IMG/VR virus record: IMGVR_UViG_3300007643_000003
Span: 1-43,819 of that record
Length of the DNA stretch: 43,819 nucleotides
Origin: a virus
Taxonomy: Duplodnaviria; Caudoviricetes
Reading direction: 5' to 3' (one strand)
Shown here: positions 16,852 to 26,612 of the stretch, piece by piece
Layout of the letters: the number at the start of each line of letters is the position of its first letter
Numbering within the stretch: the first letter of the stretch is position 1
The notes under the pieces: model-generated
What the model was told of the DNA's origin: nothing
The model's input: only the letters and a program-made list of their open reading frames with translations
The model's database searches: none
Position numbers and translations under genes: made by a program

Positions 16852-18748
16852 CAACTACCGGCCACCGCCGGATCTGACAGTTGGCGAGTGGGCAGAGGCA
16901 GAACGGTACCTCTCGAGTGAAGCATCGGCGGAAGCCGGAAAGTGGCACAACGCACGCAACCCGATGTTGGTAGCGCCGATGGACGCGCTGTCGCCGCAGG
17001 ACCCTTGCGAGCGAGTGGTGTGCAAGTTCAGCTCACAGGTGGGCAAGACTGAAATCGGTTTGAACTTTGCCGGGTATCAGATCGATCAAGACCCCGGGCC
17101 GATGCTGATTGTGCAGCCGACCAAGATGCCCATGGGTGAGACGTTTGCAAAGGATCGCATCCAGCCAATGCTTCGAGATACCCCGTCACTGGCCAAAAGG
17201 TTTAGTGGTGTGAAGTCCAGGGACTCTGGCAACACGATCTATCACAAAGTCTACCCAGGTGGGCAGATGACAGTGGCAGGTGCTAACAGTCCGTCACAGC
17301 TGGCATCACGACCGATTCGGTACCTGTACTGTGATGAACTTGATCGTTGGGTAGTCACCAAGGAAGGTAACGCGCTACTCCAGGCGCGAGCGCGAATGAA
17401 GGCGTTTCACAACAGCAAGGAGCTGTTGACCAGCTCCCCATCGTTTCCGAACGCGGGTATCGACTTCGAGTACAACCAATGCTTGCAGCACGAATGGCAA
17501 TTGGTTTGTCAGCACTGTGGGCACAGTCAGTTTCCATACTTTCGTCATTTCATCTTTCATCGTGATGAGTTCGGTAATGCGATCGATGTGCAGTTCGCCT
17601 GCAAGGAGTGTGGCGGCACGCATGACGAAACTGAGGAGGGCTTTCTCAAGGCAACAGCCAGCTGGGTCGTGGTTAACGAGGCTGACCCAAAGTACAAAGG
17701 GTATTGGGCCAACCAGTTTGGATCTAGCTTTGTCGCATGGCGTGACACCGTTCAGGAGTTCCTCGATGCAAAGGATGACCCAGAGCGACTGCAGGTTGTC
17801 ACCAACACAGCGTTCGCTGAGTGCTGGAAAGGTGCAGGCGAACACCTGGATGCCGATCGTTTGAGGGAGCGTCGCGAGCTGTACCCGATGCTCGATGGTG
17901 AGTTGTTGGTGCCGAATGCAGTTCAGATGTTGTTCCTGACGGTTGACACGCAGGACACCTGGCTCGATTACGAAGTGTTTGGCGTTAATCAATCACTGCA
18001 ATCATGGGGCGTAGAACGCGGTCAGCTGTTTGGCAACACGGACGAGCAGGATGTGTGGGAACAGCTCGAAGACTTACTCGAGCGACAGTTCGCCACTGAG
18101 GATGGGCGCATGATGCCGATCTATGCATCGATGATCGATATCAAAGGCCATCGGCAAGACAAGGTAGTGAAGTTCGTACGCGATCACCGATTCATGCGAG
18201 TGCATGGGTACGCGGGGCAAGGCTCAGGCGCCAAGGATCAAATCAGCCGCACTGCCAAGAAGATGGAAGACGGCACGCGTAAAAAAATCAACGTGTTCAA
18301 TGTGCGCACCGATGATTTTAAACGTCGTGCGATGACCTACATGGCAAGGGATGCACACAAAAAAGGTGCTTGCCACTGGCCGATGGCGGCGGATGAGTCC
18401 GATATCGCGGGCTACGACCGAGAGCACTTTGAACAGCTCTGCGCGGAGACGATGGAAGTCTCATTCAGATCCGGCCAGCAGTTCACGAAGTTCAAGCAGA
18501 AGCGTCCTAGAAACGAGGCATTTGATTTGAGGCACATGTTGTACGCGTTGCTGCAAATCGCCAAACCATCGTGGAGCAAAGAGACACGCTCAGGCAGGAG
18601 TCGCCGCAAGCGCCCTAATCGAGTGATGCCAAAGACACAACCGGTTGCTGAGACGCAACCACTAACCGCCGAGGAACCTGCAAAGGACTGGGTGAAGAAA
18701 GCCAAACGCAGACAGCCTGCAGGAAACTGGATAAACAGACGACGATGA
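16811..18748 (+). CDS. Terminase large subunit (GpA family)
   Basis: VGEWAE, SSQVGKTE, YLYCDELD, CxxC pairs, TVDTQD, RNEAFD. Confidence 0.96.
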   Translation: MAISISDLLRERRNNYRPPPDLTVGEWAEAERYLSSEASAEAGKWHNARNPMLVAPMDALSPQDPCERVVCKFSSQVGKTEIGLNFAGYQIDQDPGPMLIVQPTKMPMGETFAKDRIQPMLRDTPSLAKRFSGVKSRDSGNTIYHKVYPGGQMTVAGANSPSQLASRPIRYLYCDELDRWVVTKEGNALLQARARMKAFHNSKELLTSSPSFPNAGIDFEYNQCLQHEWQLVCQHCGHSQFPYFRHFIFHRDEFGNAIDVQFACKECGGTHDETEEGFLKATASWVVVNEADPKYKGYWANQFGSSFVAWRDTVQEFLDAKDDPERLQVVTNTAFAECWKGAGEHLDADRLRERRELYPMLDGELLVPNAVQMLFLTVDTQDTWLDYEVFGVNQSLQSWGVERGQLFGNTDEQDVWEQLEDLLERQFATEDGRMMPIYASMIDIKGHRQDKVVKFVRDHRFMRVHGYAGQGSGAKDQISRTAKKMEDGTRKKINVFNVRTDDFKRRAMTYMARDAHKKGACHWPMAADESDIAGYDREHFEQLCAETMEVSFRSGQQFTKFKQKRPRNEAFDLRHMLYALLQIAKPSWSKETRSGRSRRKRPNRVMPKTQPVAETQPLTAEEPAKDWVKKAKRRQPAGNWINRRR

Positions 18749-19029
18749 GTAGCTACACGGTGGAGGAGTGCGAAGCGGCGATTGCTCGGCGCAAGCGCCT
18801 GCTTGAGGCTGAGAACACCAGCTATTCAATAAGCCCAGCCGATGGCGGTACCGGGCGTTCTGCGACACGAATTGATCGTGATCAACTGCAAAAGGAGCTT
18901 CGATACTTCGAACGGTTGTTGGCAAAGCTCAATGGCGTCTCTGCTAATCGAGGCAGGTTCCGTGTAAAGACGGCCTGCTTTAGTGGCGGGCGATCTAATG
19001 GACGTGGTGAGGGCTGGGAAACTTCGTGA
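18745..19029 (+). CDS. gpW-like head completion protein
   Basis: SYSI...RSATRID..L..E pattern between terL and portal. Confidence 0.75.
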   Translation: MSSYTVEECEAAIARRKRLLEAENTSYSISPADGGTGRSATRIDRDQLQKELRYFERLLAKLNGVSANRGRFRVKTACFSGGRSNGRGEGWETS

Positions 19030-20519
19030 AAGTGAATTGGCTGGACCGCGCGCTGCTCAGTGTTGCGCCAGAGAAGGCGTTGCGCCGCGCAAGAGCACGG
19101 CATATGGCCACAGCATTCTATGAGGCTGGCCAGCCTTCAAAGAACCACAAGAGTCGCAGGGGCAACGCCTCGCACGACACAAACGTTGCACGTGCCGCTG
19201 ACTATGTTCGCGAGCAGTCTCGGTATCTTGAGCAGAATTATGATGTTGCTGAGTCTGTGCTGCAGACCTTTGTCCGTTTCGTTGTTGGTCAGGAGGTGTT
19301 GTTCGAGCCTCAGGTGATGAGCGTGAGCGGAGGCTTGCACGAGGAGTTTAACCAGGAGCTGGTGCACTGGTTTAAGTTGTGGGCACGCTGCCCAGAGGTC
19401 ACTTGTGAATACACCTATCACGAGGGTGTGCGTCAGCACATCCGTTCAAAGCTTCGTGATGGTGAAATATTTCAACAGTACCTGGAGGGATTCATTCCAG
19501 GTTTGCAGCACGGCACTGCTCTACCGCTGTCACTTGAGCACATCGAGGCTGATTTCTTCCCGATGGGCTATTCAGATCCTGCCAAGGGCATAGTCCAATC
19601 GGTGGAGAAGAACGCCTGGGGCAGGCCACGGCGATATTGGGCTTACAAGCACCACCCCGGCGAATCTATAGCTGCACGCTTTCGCCCTAACGGTCAACCC
19701 GATAAGGCGATCGATGCTGCGAATATGGTGCACGACAAGGTCACAACGCACTTTAGGCAAACACGTGGCATGCCTATCTTTGCCAACGTACTGTCACGCT
19801 TCGATGACATCAAAGACATCGAAGAGTCTGAGCGTGTGGCGGCTCGATGCGCCGCAGCTATGGTGGGATTCCGAAAGCGAGGCACTCCTGATGATTGGGA
19901 TGAAGATGATGAAGACGAGAGCACCGAACTGTCGTTCGAGCCAGGCATGTTCCACGACCTGGAGCCGGGCGAGGATGTTGATATACATCAATCGAACCGA
20001 CCAAACAACGCTCTGATCCCATTTCTTGAACAACAGTTTAAGCGCATTGCGGGGGGTACGGGTGCAAGCTTTTCCAGTATTGCTCGCGAGTACAACGGGA
20101 CATTCTCATCACAACGTCAGGAGTTGGTTGAATCGTTTGTGGGGTATGGCGTTATGCACGCCGATCTCTCCAGCGCAAAGCTTGCCCCTGACTGGCGTCG
20201 ATTGGTGGCAACGCTGGTCAAGTATAAGTTGATTATTGTTCCGCCGGACGTAGATCCGCGAACGCTGTACGACGTGGATATCCCAAGGCCACCGATGCCA
20301 TGGATCGATCCACAGAAGGAGGCCAACGCATCCAAGATTCTTGTAGAGAACGATCTGGAAAGCCGCACACACGTGATGCGCAGCCGAGGACGTAACCCGA
20401 ACATTGTCATGGCTCAGATCCAGGGCGATCCATTCCGATCAGCGCAGCAAGCGACGCGGCCTGCTTTGGCAGACTCAACCGAGACAGTAGATCCCGAGGA
20501 AGATTATGATGAAACGTAG
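19026..20519 (+). CDS. Portal protein, lambda family
   Basis: RDGEIF, GRPRRYW, QTRGMP, FSSQRQ, WIDPQKE. Confidence 0.95.
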   Translation: MKVNWLDRALLSVAPEKALRRARARHMATAFYEAGQPSKNHKSRRGNASHDTNVARAADYVREQSRYLEQNYDVAESVLQTFVRFVVGQEVLFEPQVMSVSGGLHEEFNQELVHWFKLWARCPEVTCEYTYHEGVRQHIRSKLRDGEIFQQYLEGFIPGLQHGTALPLSLEHIEADFFPMGYSDPAKGIVQSVEKNAWGRPRRYWAYKHHPGESIAARFRPNGQPDKAIDAANMVHDKVTTHFRQTRGMPIFANVLSRFDDIKDIEESERVAARCAAAMVGFRKRGTPDDWDEDDEDESTELSFEPGMFHDLEPGEDVDIHQSNRPNNALIPFLEQQFKRIAGGTGASFSSIAREYNGTFSSQRQELVESFVGYGVMHADLSSAKLAPDWRRLVATLVKYKLIIVPPDVDPRTLYDVDIPRPPMPWIDPQKEANASKILVENDLESRTHVMRSRGRNPNIVMAQIQGDPFRSAQQATRPALADSTETVDPEEDYDET

Positions 20520-22668
20520 TTATCCGCCCATGAACAACGTAGCTGAGCAAATGCCACCACCTGGTGCAAACACTCAGTACAACATCACCGCGTTGGCTGG
20601 TGCTAATCGACGTGGATCATTGGCGATCGATGGCGAGATCGGGTACTGGGGAATCACTGCCAGGGAGGTTCGCGAGTCTGTCGAGTCTTTGGGCGATGTG
20701 GCTGATCTTGATGTGACGATCAACAGCCCTGGTGGAAACATCGGTGAGGGTATTGCCATATACAACCTGCTGAAAAAACACCCGGCCAACGTCCACATAT
20801 CCATTGAAGGCTATGCACTATCGATGGGTTCGGTTATAGCCATGGCAGGCGATACCGTCTCAATGGCAGACAACAGCCTGTTCATGATTCACAACACATT
20901 TGGCGGTGCTTTTGGTGATGCTGACACGCTTCGCAAAGAGGCTGAAGTGTTGGATCTGCACAAGGAGGCACTGATCAATACCTATTTGGCACGTCCGCAA
21001 GTAGCGCTTGATCGCGATGCGATCTGGCAGGCTATGCAAGATGAGACCTGGTATACCGCCGAGATGGCCCGTGATGCTGGTTTCGTTGACCAGGTTGTCG
21101 AAGTTGAGAGCGAACAGGTCAACAGCTACGCAGTCAATCTGCCGGTGGCCTCGTTACAGAACGCACCCGAATGGGTACACATGATCCGCAATGCTGCGGT
21201 TACACGCGCTAATGCGCAACCAACGCCGGCAGCCGCTGGCAACATTCCCGAGGAAGATATGAACGCACTTCAGACTACAACGGCTGCGCCAGATACAGCC
21301 ACTGCAAGAGAGGCCGCCGCCGCTGTGGTCACGGCGCAGGCCGACACCGAGGCACAAGCACTGGCGCGTGAGAACGCGGCGGTTGTTGCTGATCGACAGC
21401 GCGCCACTGACATCCGAGCTGAATTCGATAGCAGGCTTCAAGGGCACACCATGGGTGAGACCATCAATCACCACATCAACGCCGGCACCAGCATTGAGAC
21501 TGTACGAGATATCGTTAACGCCTTGGTTGCAGCGGGTGCGGGCGCATCTCCTGCAGGTGGTGATGCCATTGTTATTGAGGATCAGCGTGACAAAAATCGC
21601 GCTGGTATGGCTAACGCCATTCTGGTTCGCGCGGGCATGAGAGAGCAGGACGGCAACAACGAGTACTTAGGGATGACGCTCTATGAAATGGCCAATGCAT
21701 CGCTTCGTGGCTCTGGTGCGCAGCTCACCGGCTCACGCCATCAGCGTGTAGGTGCAGCTTTCACACACTCCACGAGCGATCTGCCTGCAACACTCTATGA
21801 CGTGGCGCATCAATCACTGGTCCTGGGTTACGAGGAAGACCAGGAGATGATGACCAACCATACCCGCATCAGTCGCAAGGGCAGCATGTCTGATTTCCGG
21901 CCACAATCTCGCCATGGTCGCGGTGGGTTTGAGAATCTGGATCACCGTCCAGAAGGCAGCGAGTACAAGCGCGGATCGCTTGAGTTCTACAAGGAGAGCA
22001 ATCAGCTGGCTACCTACGGCAAGATGTTCGGCATGACACGCGAGATGATCATCAATGATGACATCGGTGCGTTCACAGATATTCCAGCAGAACTGGGCCG
22101 CGCTGCCCGCCGAACGGTATCCAGTAAGTTCTGGGACGTGTTTGCAGCAAACCCAACCATGGCGGATGGCATTGCCTGGATCCACGCGAATCACAATAAC
22201 CTTAACGCTACAGCCACAGCATTGACCACGGATTCTGTCGCTGCCATTCGCACCGCGATGGCGCTCTCGAAAGGGCGTAACGCAGCTAATCCCGATATGC
22301 GTCCAATGGGTTTTCGACCCAACATCATGGTGGTTCCTGCAGCTCTGGAGCACCGTGCATTACTGGTTCGCAACAACGAGTACCAGGTGCACGCCAACTC
22401 CACCGACGACAATCGCAATGCGAACGTTGTGCGCAACCTGTTCGATGTGGTTGTTAACTCGCAGCTGGACGAAATCAGCACCGCTGACTGGTACATGGTG
22501 TATGGCGGCATGCCTCCGGTAGAGATGTCATACCTTGACGGAAACGAGACGCCATTCCTTGATCAAGTTCAAGGCTGGGAGATTGACGGTGTTGAATTCA
22601 AGGTGCGCATCGATGTGGGTGTATCTCCGATGGAATTCGCCTCTATCTACAAGCAGGCTGGCGTTTAG
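20506..22668 (+). CDS. ClpP-type prohead protease / scaffold / major capsid fusion
   Basis: INSPGG, ALSMGS, MIHN, ETWYTA..A...GFVD, followed by the HSTSD...TYGKMF.MTRE.IINDD capsid domain. Confidence 0.95.
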   Translation: MMKRSYPPMNNVAEQMPPPGANTQYNITALAGANRRGSLAIDGEIGYWGITAREVRESVESLGDVADLDVTINSPGGNIGEGIAIYNLLKKHPANVHISIEGYALSMGSVIAMAGDTVSMADNSLFMIHNTFGGAFGDADTLRKEAEVLDLHKEALINTYLARPQVALDRDAIWQAMQDETWYTAEMARDAGFVDQVVEVESEQVNSYAVNLPVASLQNAPEWVHMIRNAAVTRANAQPTPAAAGNIPEEDMNALQTTTAAPDTATAREAAAAVVTAQADTEAQALARENAAVVADRQRATDIRAEFDSRLQGHTMGETINHHINAGTSIETVRDIVNALVAAGAGASPAGGDAIVIEDQRDKNRAGMANAILVRAGMREQDGNNEYLGMTLYEMANASLRGSGAQLTGSRHQRVGAAFTHSTSDLPATLYDVAHQSLVLGYEEDQEMMTNHTRISRKGSMSDFRPQSRHGRGGFENLDHRPEGSEYKRGSLEFYKESNQLATYGKMFGMTREMIINDDIGAFTDIPAELGRAARRTVSSKFWDVFAANPTMADGIAWIHANHNNLNATATALTTDSVAAIRTAMALSKGRNAANPDMRPMGFRPNIMVVPAALEHRALLVRNNEYQVHANSTDDNRNANVVRNLFDVVVNSQLDEISTADWYMVYGGMPPVEMSYLDGNETPFLDQVQGWEIDGVEFKVRIDVGVSPMEFASIYKQAGV

Positions 22669-22690
22669 TTTAACTAACGCTCGACTGATC

Positions 22691-22714
22691 GAGCGGTCAA
22701 TCTGGCCGCTTTCA
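22691..22714 (+). terminator. Hairpin after the capsid gene (stabiliser or weak terminator)
   Basis: GAGCGGTCA-ATC-TGGCCGCTT. Confidence 0.45.
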
Positions 22715-22740
22715 CCTAATTCAACTGAGAGAACTAAACA

Positions 22741-23082
22741 ATGGCTACAAAATTCAGCCACGAAGGCAAAACCATCAATCACACCAACGCAACGGGTACC
22801 ACTATCAAAGGTGGCGATGTGTTTGCGATTGGATCTAGCGGCAAGCACGCCGTTGCAATTACCGATATCGAACCGAACAAAGTTGGTGCTGCGTATCGGT
22901 GTGGCGTCTGGAAATTCGCGGCAGGCGCGTTTGCCGGTGATGTTGGCGATGACTTCGCCCTCAACCTGACTACACAGGTGTTTGACGCAGGTGGTGCGGT
23001 TATCGGCGAAGTCGATGAGATCGTCGGCAGCACTGTCCACGTGTTGATCAACGGTCTGCCAGGCACTGCCAGCACACGATAA
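22741..23082 (+). CDS. DUF2190-like capsid cement/decoration protein
   Basis: MATKFSHEGKTI...IKGGDV...GVW...VHVLING directly after the capsid gene. Confidence 0.8.
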   Translation: MATKFSHEGKTINHTNATGTTIKGGDVFAIGSSGKHAVAITDIEPNKVGAAYRCGVWKFAAGAFAGDVGDDFALNLTTQVFDAGGAVIGEVDEIVGSTVHVLINGLPGTASTR

Positions 23083-23088
23083 TCTATC

Positions 23089-23595
23089 GTGATCGAGACC
23101 GCCGCCGATAGGCTTGCTCTTCTAGGGGATTCACCGGATCTTGCGCTGTTCGCTCAAGTACCGGACGCCCTCGATGAGCAAGGCCAGGCGGCGGTTATTG
23201 TTCAGCGCAATGTTGCGGGCCTGTTTGATCGAGCTTACAGGCTCATTGGCGAGCACGAAGGTTACCACCCGGTTTTTCTGTGCGTTGATGAGGATGTGCA
23301 ATATCTGAAGCAGCACCACCGGATTATGGTCAAAGGTCAGGTGTGGCGGATCGATGGCCGAATGCCAGATGGCACCGGCTTCACTCAGCTGGTGCTAAAG
23401 CTACTCGGGCCCTACCGACTCGACAACAGCAGCTCTGCAGTGCAAGCGGGTTTTCCGTATGTGCTGCCGATGGTGTTTGGAGGTTCATCAAACAATGACA
23501 GCACCACCAACATCGACCCCAACAACCCGAGGCTTCGCTACCCGTACACGATCGGCACGTACCTCGACTACTCACCTGATACCGCCTTACTCTAA
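23089..23595 (+). CDS. Head-tail joining protein (gpFII-like) with C-terminal extension
   Basis: GLFD...P...WRIDGRMPDGTGFTQLVL core plus ~60 extra residues. Confidence 0.8.
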   Translation: MIETAADRLALLGDSPDLALFAQVPDALDEQGQAAVIVQRNVAGLFDRAYRLIGEHEGYHPVFLCVDEDVQYLKQHHRIMVKGQVWRIDGRMPDGTGFTQLVLKLLGPYRLDNSSSAVQAGFPYVLPMVFGGSSNNDSTTNIDPNNPRLRYPYTIGTYLDYSPDTALL

Positions 23596-23607
23596 CGGAC
23601 CCCAACC

Positions 23608-24006
23608 ATGTCAAAAGTCATCACTATTCACCAAGCTATCGCCATGGCAGTGGCATCAGAGAAGCCATTAGTTTTCACCAACAGTGACACCCAGCAGGTT
23701 TATCGATCTCGGCGGGATCCAAGCTGCATGCTGTTCGATATGCCAGGCAGCCCAATAGCGCTGTCGCAGGGTCAATTCCTGACGGCCAATCGATACTCAG
23801 CTATGACACAATCGGGTGAGTTTGTGGAAGAGAAGGATGTGAGCGACTATCCGGATCTTGAAGACGCTATCGAGTGGGCGAACGATGAGGCCACCACGGA
23901 CGATGAGTTGCAGGCCTATGTCGTTGCTGTGATCGGCGAGGATAATCGCAAGCGCAACCGCGAGACCAACGTCGCCAAGATCGTCGAATACGTAGAAGCA
24001 CAGTAG
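23608..24006 (+). CDS. Hypothetical neck-region protein
   Basis: 132-aa ORF within the structural operon. Confidence 0.7.
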   Translation: MSKVITIHQAIAMAVASEKPLVFTNSDTQQVYRSRRDPSCMLFDMPGSPIALSQGQFLTANRYSAMTQSGEFVEEKDVSDYPDLEDAIEWANDEATTDDELQAYVVAVIGEDNRKRNRETNVAKIVEYVEAQ

Positions 24007-24012
24007 TCAGCC

Positions 24013-24603
24013 ATGTTATCTGTTGGTGTTACTGGCAGCGCGCGCAAGATCATGTATGACGTGCGCGTCAGGGTGCCTCGGATACAAGCTCGCGTCTCAG
24101 TCAGCGCCGCGAACAAAGCGACACGTAAGGTCTACACGCAGACTATCAGAGACATATCAGGCGAGACTGGCGTTCAGCAACAAATACTGCGAGGCTCGGC
24201 AAAGAAGGGATTGAAGGCCAGGGTGCGGCACAATAAGGCAACACGACGCAATAATGGCGCTCGGGTTTGGGTAGGTCTGCAGAAGATTCCGCTATCAAAG
24301 GTAAAAAAAGCCACAGAAGGAAAAGCGCCGAACCAGCGGGTATTTGGGCAAAGCCAAACGCAGTACCTTGCAGGCTCAATGCACGGGCGTAGTGCTGCGG
24401 ATGTGTTTGTTGCAAAGATGCGATCGGGCCATGTTGGATACTTTGTTCGACGAGGTGTTCGGCGTAAGCCGATCCAGGAAGTAGCGTTCGACATATCGCA
24501 GCTGGGTGCCAGGACTGTGAAGCTAAACGGCAGAAGGATTGGCGGCCGTGAATTTGAAAAAGAATTCAGACGGCTATCAAAAATAGCGTTAAAACGCCGA
24601 TGA
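24013..24603 (+). CDS. Minor tail protein Z-like (tail completion)
   Basis: Very basic; AANKAT, FVAKMRSGHVGYFVR..R.PI. Confidence 0.85.
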   Translation: MLSVGVTGSARKIMYDVRVRVPRIQARVSVSAANKATRKVYTQTIRDISGETGVQQQILRGSAKKGLKARVRHNKATRRNNGARVWVGLQKIPLSKVKKATEGKAPNQRVFGQSQTQYLAGSMHGRSAADVFVAKMRSGHVGYFVRRGVRRKPIQEVAFDISQLGARTVKLNGRRIGGREFEKEFRRLSKIALKRR

Positions 24604-25067
24604 CTACCCATGCACGGCAACAGGTACTTGATTACTTTGCAGCTCTTTTGACTGATGAGCTCGGTATACGTTGCGACATCCAACGAGTATCGCCGATACC
24701 TCCGGAGACAAAAGAATCGTTAAACCTCATCATCGATGATGAGTCCGTTAATGGTGATGACGACAATGATGAATATGAAGACACGCTGGGAGTGGTCGCC
24801 CGTATCGCGCCGATGGTTGTTGAGATCAGTGTGCTGTCGGCTGTGTCGCAGCGTAGAGTTAACGAGCTGTGCGCGGACGTAGAGACTGTGCTTTCAGCCG
24901 CTGACGGCTGTGGTGATCACGTCATACGTGGAGCGCACGTTAGTTGTCAGTACGCAGGTATGACCAACGAGCCCGACGGAGAGGGCCAGCAAGACCAGTT
25001 CAAAACCTCCTTGATATTCCAAACCAGTTACCGAACAGAAGCCGGCAAGCCGCTGGCACTTGTATAA
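24600..25067 (+). CDS. Tail terminator (gpU-like)
   Basis: MTTHARQQV...acidic...CADVETVL...YRT. Confidence 0.75.
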   Translation: MTTHARQQVLDYFAALLTDELGIRCDIQRVSPIPPETKESLNLIIDDESVNGDDDNDEYEDTLGVVARIAPMVVEISVLSAVSQRRVNELCADVETVLSAADGCGDHVIRGAHVSCQYAGMTNEPDGEGQQDQFKTSLIFQTSYRTEAGKPLALV

Positions 25068-25087
25068 CCTATAAAGAGGCTCCGACC

Positions 25088-25294
25088 ATGAACATAGATG
25101 CTGTCCTGAAAATGGACGCAGGCTCAGTGGTGTGTGTTGAAAACAAAGCAACGATCACGATCAGCGGTAAGGGTGATGAACGCACATTCACACCATCCTT
25201 TCCGAGCAACACACCCCCGCTTTCTCTGGATACGTTCTCGGAGATGTACAAGCACAAGCACTTTACGCCCACCACTGCCACCAAAGGTAAGTAA
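25088..25294 (+). CDS. Small hypothetical tail-region protein
   Basis: GAGG RBS plus ATG (MNIDAV). Confidence 0.6.
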   Translation: MNIDAVLKMDAGSVVCVENKATITISGKGDERTFTPSFPSNTPPLSLDTFSEMYKHKHFTPTTATKGK

Positions 25295-25297
25295 GCC

Positions 25298-25714
25298 ATG
25301 CCACTGTCTACGAAAAAAAGCCGATTGACCATCGACGGTGAACGCTGCGGCGACATCATCGATTGGACACCGATAAATCATCCATCGCCAGAAGAGACCG
25401 ATACCAGCGTGATAGATCGCGCTGAGGACGCCTACGCACCCCGAATAGAGATTGAGGATGTCAATCCGCCTGAGATCACGATCAATCTGTATGACGATCC
25501 GACGAACCTGGGGCAGCAGAAGCTTGTTTTCGGCGCAACCGGGCTCGATTTTGTGGGTTACCCCACAGGGCCAGAGGTCGGCAAGCAGATGTGGACGTAT
25601 TCCAACTGCACAGTAACCGGTGATGATCCTGGAACCATTGCCTACAAGGGATTCTTCAAGCGCACGATCAAGATCAAGGCGATTGGTGGGTTGGCTAAAA
25701 CGGTTGTTGCCTGA
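25298..25714 (+). CDS. Major tail tube protein (short type)
   Basis: Beta-rich, DTS...LYDDPT..GQ..L...YPTG, directly before the chaperone and tape measure genes. Confidence 0.75.
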   Translation: MPLSTKKSRLTIDGERCGDIIDWTPINHPSPEETDTSVIDRAEDAYAPRIEIEDVNPPEITINLYDDPTNLGQQKLVFGATGLDFVGYPTGPEVGKQMWTYSNCTVTGDDPGTIAYKGFFKRTIKIKAIGGLAKTVVA

Positions 25715-26466
25715 TGTTTGATCTATCGCGTGCGCAGGATCGCATTGCGCAGCTGGGTCAGCTACTGGGGCCCATCTACGTTGACGATTGTGGGCATGAG
25801 ACGGGTGAGGCCGGTGAAATATACTTTACCGGCCTGACCAACGGGGAGTATCAAAAGCTTCGAGCGTTGCAGAGAAAGCATCAGGACACCTACTACTACC
25901 GGCAGCTACTTCTCAGGGCCAAGGATAAGGACGGTGATCGGATCTGGGAGGATGATGAGCTCGATGACGTACTCGGAGGTGGCATTGACCCATCGGATGC
26001 GGCCTACATCACTAGTTGTATGTACTTAACAGATCTGAAGCATGAGCCTGATAGAAATTCCAGTGCGTTTTCGAAGGTAGCAGCACGCGCAAAGTTCGAC
26101 AGCTACAACACGTTGCTTGGGCCTGTGTCGATCCCCAAAATTGATCGCGGCGAAGATCTGGACATCTATTATCGAAACGTAGATGGATACGCTGATTGCG
26201 CGATCAACGCGATCAGGGCGAAGAATGAGAACGATTATGACTTGCGCGAGCTGGTTGAGCGTGCGCTGGATAAGTCTGGCAAGAAGATGTTCTCGAACGA
26301 TTCGGCATCCATTGCAAAACTAGCTGCAGCCATTACCCAAAAGGATCTAAATGACGTCATCCTGGCAATGGTGCATCCGCGATTTATGTCAGAGGAGGAT
26401 CGCATCCGTATGTCTGTTCAGATCGAGACGGATCCCGATCTGGATATGGATGACTTAAAAAACTGA
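25714..26466 (+). CDS. Tail assembly chaperone G (internally duplicated)
   Basis: Two RAxDKxGxxxF/W motifs; ends in LKN at a slippery site. Confidence 0.85.
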   Translation: MFDLSRAQDRIAQLGQLLGPIYVDDCGHETGEAGEIYFTGLTNGEYQKLRALQRKHQDTYYYRQLLLRAKDKDGDRIWEDDELDDVLGGGIDPSDAAYITSCMYLTDLKHEPDRNSSAFSKVAARAKFDSYNTLLGPVSIPKIDRGEDLDIYYRNVDGYADCAINAIRAKNENDYDLRELVERALDKSGKKMFSNDSASIAKLAAAITQKDLNDVILAMVHPRFMSEEDRIRMSVQIETDPDLDMDDLKN

Positions 26467-26612
26467 TCATGGCAGATGTCGAGATTGATGTGCTGCTCGA
26501 AAGCGAGCAGCCGCTGACATCTGCCAGTAACCAGTTTGATACGCCGCGATTGGAGCTCATGTTGCGCACGGCAAAAAAAAGCGTTGATAATGAACGGCGA
26601 GAGAACCGCTAA
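26457..26612 (+). CDS. Tail chaperone T segment reached by -1 frameshift (G-T fusion)
   Basis: A AAA AAC heptamer at 26457..26463; the -1 frame is open (LIMADVEID...RENR*) to a TAATG overlap with the tape measure start. Confidence 0.85.
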   Translation, partial: KKLIMADVEIDVLLESEQPLTSASNQFDTPRLELMLRTAKKSVDNERRENR

